The notes under the pieces: model-generated
Told to the model about the DNA's origin: nothing
Database searches by the model: none
The model's input: only the letters and a program-made list of their open reading frames with translations
Shown here: in pieces, positions 25,428 through 32,000 of the stretch
How positions within the stretch are numbered: the stretch's first letter is position 1
Layout of the letters: each line of letters opens with the position of its first letter
From: Victivallaceae bacterium
GTDB lineage: Bacteria > Verrucomicrobiota > Lentisphaeria > Victivallales > Victivallaceae
Assembly: GCA_036677805.1 (NCBI GenBank)
Contig: JAVBVS010000016.1
Coordinates: forward strand, 290,553-322,552
Length of the DNA stretch: 32,000 nt
Direction of reading: 5' to 3'
Position numbers and translations under genes: made by a program

Positions 25428-26576
25428 ATGGAAATTACCGGGAACCTTGTCGTCGGCAACGAAGTATTCTTCGGCGCGCTGCACACCCGCGGCAAAATAA
25501 TTGAAACCATCCGGCGGCAGGACGCACCGCAATCCGGCGCGCCCTGGGTGGTGCCGGGCTTCATCGATCTGCATCTGCACGGGCTCGGTCCCTGGGGGTC
25601 CCTGCATCCCCAGGATGTGCGCGGCATGGCCGAATTCGCGCCCGCTACCGGGGTCACGACCTTGTGTCCGACGCTCGATTCGGAACCCACAGAGGTTATG
25701 ATCGAATTTCTGCGCGCGGTGCGCCGACTGGCGGAGCATCCGATCGCCGGCGCCGCCCGGATCGCGGGGACGCATCTTGAAGGGCCTTATCTGAATGCGG
25801 AGCACGGCGGCGGCATGAATCCGGCGTTTTTACGGCTGCCCGACCTTGCGGAAGTGGAATTGCTGTGGGAAACCGCCGGGGAGACGTTGAGAATAATGAC
25901 CATCGCGCCGGAACTGCCCGGAGCCGGAGAGGTCATCCGACGGCTGGCCGGGCGCGGGGTCGTAATGTCGATGGGCCACTGCGGACTCTCCTGCGGGGAG
26001 TTGTCCGCGGCCGTAGCGGCAGGCATTGCGCAGGTATGCCATCTTTATGATACCTATGACGGCAGAACAGTGAAAGACGGCGTTGTCCAGCCGTCGCTGG
26101 CGGATGCCGTGCTGCTGGATGACCGGCTGATGATCGAGTTGATCGGCGATGGATTTCATGTGCCGGAGGAATTGATCGCGCTGACCCGGCGAGCGGCCGG
26201 CGCAAGGCGCATCATCGCCATCACCGACGCCATGCAGGGGGCGGGACTGCCCGACGGCGTTTATGCGATGACCGACGGCCGGAAATATACGCTCTGCAAC
26301 CGCGGCGTCTGCCGTTTGCAGGACCACCCGGAAACCATCGTCGGAAGCTGTCTGACCATGAACCGGGTTTTCAGGAATCTGATCGAACGGTTCGGCTTCT
26401 CACCGTCGGAAGCCGTGGCGGCGACTTCCGGCAACGCGGCCCGGCAGTTGCGGCTGAACGACCGGTTGGGTGCTCTGCGCGAAGGATTGCAGGCCGACAT
26501 CGCCGTACTGTCGGCGGAGGACGGCGCGGTCATGCAGTGCGTCCGGGACGGGGCAGACCTGTATCGCATGGCATGA
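25428..26576 (+). CDS. nagA: N-acetylglucosamine-6-phosphate deacetylase-like amidohydrolase (divergent)
   Basis: VVPGFIDLHLHGLGPWGS, GTHLEGPYLNAEHGGGMNPAFL, GHCGLSCGELSAAVAAGIAQVCHLYDT, ITDAMQGAGLPDGVY, PSEAVAATSGNAARQL; NagA-type amidohydrolase metal ligands conserved. Confidence 0.78.
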   Translation: MEITGNLVVGNEVFFGALHTRGKIIETIRRQDAPQSGAPWVVPGFIDLHLHGLGPWGSLHPQDVRGMAEFAPATGVTTLCPTLDSEPTEVMIEFLRAVRRLAEHPIAGAARIAGTHLEGPYLNAEHGGGMNPAFLRLPDLAEVELLWETAGETLRIMTIAPELPGAGEVIRRLAGRGVVMSMGHCGLSCGELSAAVAAGIAQVCHLYDTYDGRTVKDGVVQPSLADAVLLDDRLMIELIGDGFHVPEELIALTRRAAGARRIIAITDAMQGAGLPDGVYAMTDGRKYTLCNRGVCRLQDHPETIVGSCLTMNRVFRNLIERFGFSPSEAVAATSGNAARQLRLNDRLGALREGLQADIAVLSAEDGAVMQCVRDGADLYRMA

Positions 26577-26636
26577 CATTCCGCACCATCACCGTCCGCG
26601 CTTGCAAATGTCCGCAACCGGCGGTATATTGCGATC

Positions 26637-27452
26637 ATGAACGAAATCGAATATCTCAAGGTCGTGCGTCATACCGTCGCCAGCTGCCGTGATTTCAGCC
26701 GGGTGCTGCGGGTCTCCGACAGCGCCGATGAACCGCACTCGACCCGCAGCCGCCATTGTCACGAACTGTTCGAAATCCGGCTGCTTTTCGGCATGCTCGA
26801 CGCCACGAGCGTCGACTATGAGACCCTGCGCGAAATCCGGCTCTCGCCGGCGGGCGTGGCCCATCCGGGACTGTTCGAGAACGAACACCCCGCCCATATC
26901 ACGGTGCGTTTCGACGTGGACATGCTCTACTATCTGCGCGGCAAAGCCGCCAATATCGTGATTCCGCTGAACCGCGGGATTGAAAGTTACGGCATCGGTC
27001 TGGGCGAAGCGCTGTCGGCGCTGAACGCCTTCTGCCGCCGGGAATTCACCGACGCCGGCCACCTCCAACTGGTCGTGGCGGGCGTAATTTCGGCCCTGAC
27101 GCTCTTTCTGGAACAGGGCGATTACCGGATCATGAACGAACCGGTGGAAATCATCTGCAACTATATCCACGAACACTATTACCGCGGCAACCTGACCATG
27201 GCGGAAGTCGCCGCCGCCGCCGGATTGTCGCCCAACTACATGCAGCAGGTATTCCGGAAAGTTCACCACTGCACTCCGCTGACCTATCTGCGCGACTACC
27301 GACTGGAAACCGCCCGGCGGCTGCTCCGCCAGCGCAAGTACCAGGTCAAGGAGGTGGCTCAGCTCTGCGGCTGGAACTACCCCCATTACTTCGATGTGTG
27401 CTACCGCCGGAAATTCGGCCGGACGCCGCTGGAAGAAATGCACGAATCTTAA
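26637..27452 (+). CDS. AraC-family transcriptional regulator
   Basis: C-terminal HTH: IICNYIHEHYYRGNLTMAEVAAAAGLSPNYMQQVFRKVHHCTPLTYLRDYRLETARRLLRQRKYQVKEVAQLCGWNYPHYFDVCYRRKFGRTPLEEM. Confidence 0.92.
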   Translation: MNEIEYLKVVRHTVASCRDFSRVLRVSDSADEPHSTRSRHCHELFEIRLLFGMLDATSVDYETLREIRLSPAGVAHPGLFENEHPAHITVRFDVDMLYYLRGKAANIVIPLNRGIESYGIGLGEALSALNAFCRREFTDAGHLQLVVAGVISALTLFLEQGDYRIMNEPVEIICNYIHEHYYRGNLTMAEVAAAAGLSPNYMQQVFRKVHHCTPLTYLRDYRLETARRLLRQRKYQVKEVAQLCGWNYPHYFDVCYRRKFGRTPLEEMHES

Positions 27453-27483
27453 AAATTTGATATCATTCCTAGAATTTTGTGTT

Positions 27484-27521
27484 AAAACAGCGGTTTTCAG
27501 ACTGTTTTTCCGTTTTTTTTT
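27484..27521 (+). terminator. Possible intrinsic terminator after the AraC-family gene
   Basis: Inverted repeat AAAACAG (27484-27490) / CTGTTTT (27502-27508) followed by TTCCGTTTTTTTTT. The stem is AT-rich and short. Confidence 0.45.
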
Positions 27522-27534
27522 ATAGTATACTATA
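27521..27534. promoter_or_regulatory. Perfect palindrome TATAGTATACTATA upstream of the symporter gene (candidate operator/promoter element)
   Basis: 14-nt perfect dyad symmetry, 34 nt upstream of the ATG at 27569, in an AT-rich intergenic segment. Confidence 0.5.
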
Positions 27535-27568
27535 TTCGAAAAACAAACCAACAGGAGAACCGCATTCA

Positions 27569-29350
27569 ATGAATATTGCGTTGTCATGGGCCGATTACCT
27601 GATTATCGTCCTCTATTTTGTTGCCATGCTTGCAATCGGCTGGTATTTTGCCAAAAATAAAAGCGACGCCGCGGATTTTCTGCTCGGCGGCCGCAAGATG
27701 CCATGGTTCCCGGTGGCGGTGTCGATGCTGATGTCGGTCTTTTCGACCTACAGTCTGGTGATGGGCCCCGGCGAAATCTACAATCACGGGTTGGACTGGG
27801 GGATTATTTCCCTTTTCACGCCATTCATCGGAGTGCTGTCGGTCCTGCTGTTCACCAAATTCTTCTTCAAGATTCAGGCGTTCACTCCGTTCGAATACCT
27901 GGCCTACCGCTATGACCCATATGTTCGATTGCTCGCGGCGCTCGGACATTGCTACAGCTCGGTCCTCTACGGCGGGATGGTGCTGCTGACTACAGCCAAG
28001 ATTTTTGAAGCCGCCGCCGGCTGGCCGTGCTGGGCGACGATTCTGGCGGTCGGCGGCATTTCAGTGATTTATACCGGCACCGGCGGACTGCGGGCGGTGG
28101 TATGGACCGATTTTGTCCAGTTTTTCGTGATGCTGGCGGGCATGGGCGGTCTGATCGTCACGCTCTGCTGGTTGACTCCCGGCGGCGCGGTGGGCGCAGT
28201 CACTTATGCCTTCGAACACGGCCACGGGCTGAGCCGCTTCAACGAAGCCGATTTTTACACGCTCTGGCCCTATGTCCGGCTGACCTTCTGGGCATTGCTG
28301 ATCGAACGGGTTTTCGGCGCGCTCAGCACCGGCGTCAGCCAGATGACCGTCCAGCGGCTGATGGCCACCGGCTCGGTGCGCAACGCGGTCAAAGCGCAGT
28401 TTTCCAGCGCGCTGATTACCCTGCCGTTGTGTCTGCTGCTGGACTTCATCGGGCTGGCGATTTACAGTTACTACGCGCAATTCCCGGACCCGCGGGTCAC
28501 CGCGGGCGATCTGGCGCTCTTCACCTTCGTCGCGACCAAGCTGCCGCCGCTGCTGCCGGGATTGTTCATCGCGGCAGCATTGGCGGCGGCCATGAGTACG
28601 CTGTCGAGCATCTTCAACGGCGATGCCTCGGTCTGGCTCAAGGAAGTCTATTTGCCTTACCTCCGGCGGGATGCCGACGACCGGCGGCAGGTGAATTTTT
28701 CAAAATTCGCCACCATCGCCGTCGGAGCGCTGGTGATCGGCTTCGCCCTGATGCAGGATTTTTCGGCACGCTGGCTCGACCAGACGATGGTCGAAGTCGG
28801 GATGATCTTCGGAATTTTCACGGTAACGGTCGGCATTTTCAATTACGGGTTCGCAATTTTTTCACGCAAAGCCAGTTCGCTCTCATTCTGGAGCATGATT
28901 GCTTTCGGTTACGGGTTCAAGGTGGCGATGCTACTCTGGTACACCTTCAGCAAGCGCGGCGAAGTCACCTTCAAAGCCTCCGGCGACCTCGGATTGGCCG
29001 GTCCGCTCGGGCTGGAATGGGTGCTGTGCCCCGCCGCGGCCGCGCTGCTGCTGGTCCTGATCGGACTCTGGCGGATCCGGGTCCGGATGTGGCGGCTGAG
29101 CTGGTTCGTGGCGGCGCAAATCCCCGGGGCATTCGCAATGGGCTGCGCATTGTGGTATTATTTCAGCCATACCGGAGATCCGACGCAGCCTCAGGTATTG
29201 AGCTTCACCTGGGTCGGCATACCGGGTCTTTTCGCAACCCTGCTCTATATGGCGGGCTGGCATCTCTTCGGGCCGGAAGTGGCGCCGGAACGTTATCAGG
29301 GACTGGTCTGGGGGTATTCCAACGGCGAAGTACACCAATTGGAAAATTAA
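27569..29350 (+). CDS. Sodium:solute symporter (SSS) family transporter
   Basis: MNIALSWADYLIIVLYFVAMLAIGWYFAKNKSDAADFLLGGRKMPWFPVAVSMLMSVFSTYSLVMGPGEIYNHG...VIYTGTGGLRAVVWTDFVQFFVMLAGM; SSS signatures. AGGAGA RBS-like sequence lies before the ATG. Confidence 0.93.
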   Translation: MNIALSWADYLIIVLYFVAMLAIGWYFAKNKSDAADFLLGGRKMPWFPVAVSMLMSVFSTYSLVMGPGEIYNHGLDWGIISLFTPFIGVLSVLLFTKFFFKIQAFTPFEYLAYRYDPYVRLLAALGHCYSSVLYGGMVLLTTAKIFEAAAGWPCWATILAVGGISVIYTGTGGLRAVVWTDFVQFFVMLAGMGGLIVTLCWLTPGGAVGAVTYAFEHGHGLSRFNEADFYTLWPYVRLTFWALLIERVFGALSTGVSQMTVQRLMATGSVRNAVKAQFSSALITLPLCLLLDFIGLAIYSYYAQFPDPRVTAGDLALFTFVATKLPPLLPGLFIAAALAAAMSTLSSIFNGDASVWLKEVYLPYLRRDADDRRQVNFSKFATIAVGALVIGFALMQDFSARWLDQTMVEVGMIFGIFTVTVGIFNYGFAIFSRKASSLSFWSMIAFGYGFKVAMLLWYTFSKRGEVTFKASGDLGLAGPLGLEWVLCPAAAALLLVLIGLWRIRVRMWRLSWFVAAQIPGAFAMGCALWYYFSHTGDPTQPQVLSFTWVGIPGLFATLLYMAGWHLFGPEVAPERYQGLVWGYSNGEVHQLEN

Positions 29351-29371
29351 CCGAATTCTAAGGAGATGCAA

Positions 29372-32000
29372 ATGATCAAACTGCAAAGCATTGTTCTGGC
29401 GTTGATTCTGGCCGGCGGGGCCTTCGGCGCGGCGGTCAGGCAAAAGCCATTCGTCGGGTTCAACGACGCGAAAGATGCCGATTTCACCCGGTTTCCCGAG
29501 AAAAAAGTCTCGGCGCGCCGGATCGCCTTCCCCTATGCCACCCGGGCGCTGGCAATCGACCTGCAACGCCCGATGCGGCCGGAAAAGATTGTGCTGCCGT
29601 TGCATAAATTGACCCCCGCCAGTCCGGAAACGGAATCCGGCGCTGCCGGGCTCAAGGTTTTCGCCGGCAACGACCCCCAGGCGCTGCAACCGGTGTCCGC
29701 TCCTCAAATCACGGTGACTTCGGCAACGGTCGACGGCGCCGTCGTGGAAACCGTGACAGTGACCGGACTGCCGGAAGCACGCTATTTTCAGCTTTACGCC
29801 CCGCGCACCAAGCCAAGCTATGTTTACGGCCTGCTCGATGCCATGAAGGAAGTCGAAGTCTGGGCCGATGCTCCGGTCGGACCGGATCCGGCGATCGCCG
29901 ATTACCCGGAATTGAAAACCCTCGATTCCGACTGGCTGAAGACCGCCCTGCCGCTGGCGGGCTGCGGTTTTCAGGATTTGATCGATGACGCCGCCGCCGC
30001 CACCCAGCCCTATCGCGGCCAGGGCGGCACGTCCCAGATCGGCTGGCCGTGGAAACGCCGGGTGATCGAATTCGCCCTGAACCAACCGGCGGATGTGGGA
30101 CGCATCGTGCTCGATCTCGAAAAAATGGAAGCGCATCGTCCGGAAACCGCCACCGGTCTGGAAAAAGCCATCGTCTATGTGAGTGACGACGGACAAAAAT
30201 TTCAGGCCGTCACCCCGGTCGTCACCACGGCTTATTATCGCATCGGGAATGTGGTCTATGCCCGGGTCACGCTGGCAGGCAAATTTCCCGGCCGCTTCTT
30301 CCGGATTTACGCGCCGTGGAACAATGCCTTCTATGTTTACGGCACCCGCCGTTTGAACAATGCGATCAAGGCGCTGCCGGGTACGCAGGCCGCGATCGCG
30401 GAGTTCGCCGCGCCGCCGAGCGCCGGAGGCGCCTTTCCGGTGAGCTTCAAGCTCAACGGCATCGGCAAGGCCGCCGGGACAGCGACGATCCGGGACAAAA
30501 GCCGCAACGCCGTACTCTGGCAAAAGAGTTTTGCGGCAATTCCTGACGGTGAAAATTTCACCGCGACCGTCGATCCCGGCGCCAGCTCCGGCATCCTCGA
30601 TCTGGAGCTGATCCTGATCGAGGACGGCGCCAGCTTCCCGTTGGTCCGGGAGACCCGGCTGCGCTGCAACACCGCCGATATCCTCCTGAAACCGCAGACC
30701 GCCGAAGGCTGGCGCAATACCGCCTTCCGACTTGGCGGCGTTCCGACCGATTTTCTGACTGCGGAGAAGGCCGGAGCCAAGGCCGAATTCGAAGTCCCTA
30801 CCGACGGCAATTTCGCCATCTACGCCACCATCCGGGGGCGCGGCGGTTTCAAGGTCAAGACGCCGCAGTCGGAACGCGATCTCGCCTTGCAGCTGTGGCA
30901 TCCGGCCGACGCCGCCGACGCTCTGGCCGGCGAATCCTTTGCCGGTGCGGCAGCCTTGAAGAAGGGCGACCGCATCACGTTTGAAGCGGTCGGTTCCGGC
31001 GCGGAACTGGGTCCGGTCAAACTTTCGCCACTCAGTACGGAGAAGATGGCGCTTTACGCCGCACCGCCGGAAGTCAAACCGACGGTAATTCTCCATGCCG
31101 ACGGCTACAGCGACTTCTTTTTCCGGGAAGTCACCCCCGCCGAATTGGAACAGCGCATCGACAATGCCAAAGCCACCGGAGTCTTCGCCTACGACTGGTG
31201 CGTCGGCACCAGCGCGGTCAATTACCCGAGCAAAGTGGCCACGGAGTTCGGACAGCAAAAGGACGTGAAATTCTACCGCGACGGCGACCGACTGGCCGCC
31301 GAACGGTTGCAGCAGCTGCTGAGCACGGGCCGCGATCCGATCCGGATTCTCCGCGACCGCAGCCGGGCCGACGGCTTGCGCTTCTCGGTCACGCAACGGG
31401 CCAATGCCTATTATACCAACGGCACCTCGATGAACGCCCAGTATCTGATCGACCATCCCGAATTCTTCATGGTCGGCGTCGACGGCAGAAAACACGCCCA
31501 GCCCAGTTACGCTTATCCGGAAATCCGTAAATTTTATCTCGACATGATCCGTGAAATCGCGGCCTACAAGCCCGACGCCATCGTGATCGAATTTCTGCGC
31601 CATCCGCCATTTTTCCTCTACGATCCGCCGCTGGTGGCCGAATATACCCGGCGTTACGGCCAATGCACGCCTCAGGATTACATGAATGACAACTGGAAAA
31701 CGATGATCGGGGAAATCATGACCGAACATCTGAAGAACGTGCGGCAGGCGATTGATGAAATTTCCCCCGGCACCGCGCTGGAAATCAGCTTCGACTATCA
31801 GGATTATGCCAAACACGGCATCGATCTTCCCGCCATTCTGGCGGCCGGACTGGTCGATGTGATTTCTCCCGGAATTTATCAGATCGGCAGCCAGAAGACC
31901 TTTCCGCTGGAGCCTTTCACCGCGATGATCCGGAAATCGCCGCGCCCGGTGCTCCTGATCCCCCGCGTCGAAGCCACCATTTATGGCGGCGATCCCACGC
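29372..32000 (+). CDS. Large secreted glycoside-hydrolase-like protein, partial (C-terminus beyond the right edge)
   Basis: Continuous open frame to the window end: MIKLQSIVLALILAGGAFGAAVRQKPFVGFNDAKDADFTRFPEKKVSARRIAFPY... Signal peptide, two beta-rich FQAVTPVV/RFFRIYAPW-like (discoidin-style) segments, then a TIM-barrel-like portion (FYLDMIREIAAYKPDAIVIEFLRHPPFFLYDPPLVAEYTRRYG...GLVDVISPGIYQIGS). AGGAG RBS at 29361. Omitted from the ORF track because it runs off the edge. Confidence 0.75.
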   Translation, partial: MIKLQSIVLALILAGGAFGAAVRQKPFVGFNDAKDADFTRFPEKKVSARRIAFPYATRALAIDLQRPMRPEKIVLPLHKLTPASPETESGAAGLKVFAGNDPQALQPVSAPQITVTSATVDGAVVETVTVTGLPEARYFQLYAPRTKPSYVYGLLDAMKEVEVWADAPVGPDPAIADYPELKTLDSDWLKTALPLAGCGFQDLIDDAAAATQPYRGQGGTSQIGWPWKRRVIEFALNQPADVGRIVLDLEKMEAHRPETATGLEKAIVYVSDDGQKFQAVTPVVTTAYYRIGNVVYARVTLAGKFPGRFFRIYAPWNNAFYVYGTRRLNNAIKALPGTQAAIAEFAAPPSAGGAFPVSFKLNGIGKAAGTATIRDKSRNAVLWQKSFAAIPDGENFTATVDPGASSGILDLELILIEDGASFPLVRETRLRCNTADILLKPQTAEGWRNTAFRLGGVPTDFLTAEKAGAKAEFEVPTDGNFAIYATIRGRGGFKVKTPQSERDLALQLWHPADAADALAGESFAGAAALKKGDRITFEAVGSGAELGPVKLSPLSTEKMALYAAPPEVKPTVILHADGYSDFFFREVTPAELEQRIDNAKATGVFAYDWCVGTSAVNYPSKVATEFGQQKDVKFYRDGDRLAAERLQQLLSTGRDPIRILRDRSRADGLRFSVTQRANAYYTNGTSMNAQYLIDHPEFFMVGVDGRKHAQPSYAYPEIRKFYLDMIREIAAYKPDAIVIEFLRHPPFFLYDPPLVAEYTRRYGQCTPQDYMNDNWKTMIGEIMTEHLKNVRQAIDEISPGTALEISFDYQDYAKHGIDLPAILAAGLVDVISPGIYQIGSQKTFPLEPFTAMIRKSPRPVLLIPRVEATIYGGDPT

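Noticed and set aside
28027-29361. 444-aa alternate-frame + ORF within the symporter gene
   Set aside because: Same-strand frame shadow; the SSS-family frame 27569..29350 has unambiguous homology signatures.
28931-31816. 961-aa minus-strand ORF
   Set aside because: Antisense shadow of the real symporter and signal-peptide-bearing hydrolase genes on + strand. Its translation has no recognisable domains and is Arg/Gly/Val-rich in the way expected of complementary high-GC coding DNA.
1-32000. CRISPR arrays, tRNA/rRNA genes, insertion sequences or prophage
   Set aside because: No regularly spaced repeats, no recognisable transposase/integrase/phage proteins among the ORFs, and no tRNA or rRNA noticed by eye. 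tRNAscan/Infernal would be needed to exclude small RNAs fully.

Overview
This 32 kb window has high GC content and looks like the chromosome of an anaerobic PVC-type bacterium, possibly Lentisphaerae/Victivallis-like. That placement is inferred from gene style only. I saw no rRNA, tRNA, CRISPR array or transposon. The standout locus is a compact + strand block at about 14.76-22.63 kb. It contains ArsR regulator, DUF318/ArsP-like permease, thioredoxin/ArsF-like fusion, ArsG/CcdA-like transporter, a second ArsR regulator, a PEP-mutase/isocitrate-lyase-family enzyme, HgcA, HgcB, a class I SAM methyltransferase, ArsC and ACR3. HgcA carries the diagnostic NVWCAAGK cobalamin cap-helix motif plus a C-terminal membrane domain. 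HgcB is a 2x[4Fe-4S] ferredoxin with a cysteine-rich tail. This is therefore a mercury-methylation gene pair embedded in an arsenic-type gene cluster, with two enzymes of unassigned role translationally coupled or tightly packed around it. Other content: GntR/LacI-hybrid regulator, pyridoxal kinase, HAD phosphatase, thiol peroxidase, HydF next to aspartate ammonia-lyase, PNPOx-like protein, GNAT, a decayed SAM-methyltransferase pseudogene, a 1276-aa RHS/YD-repeat protein with no toxin tail, GDPD, DUF523/DUF1722 protein, MFS, CDF transporter, divergent NagA, AraC regulator, sodium:solute symporter and a partial secreted glycoside-hydrolase-like protein. Many long ORFs in the supplied track are antisense or alternate-frame shadows caused by high GC.
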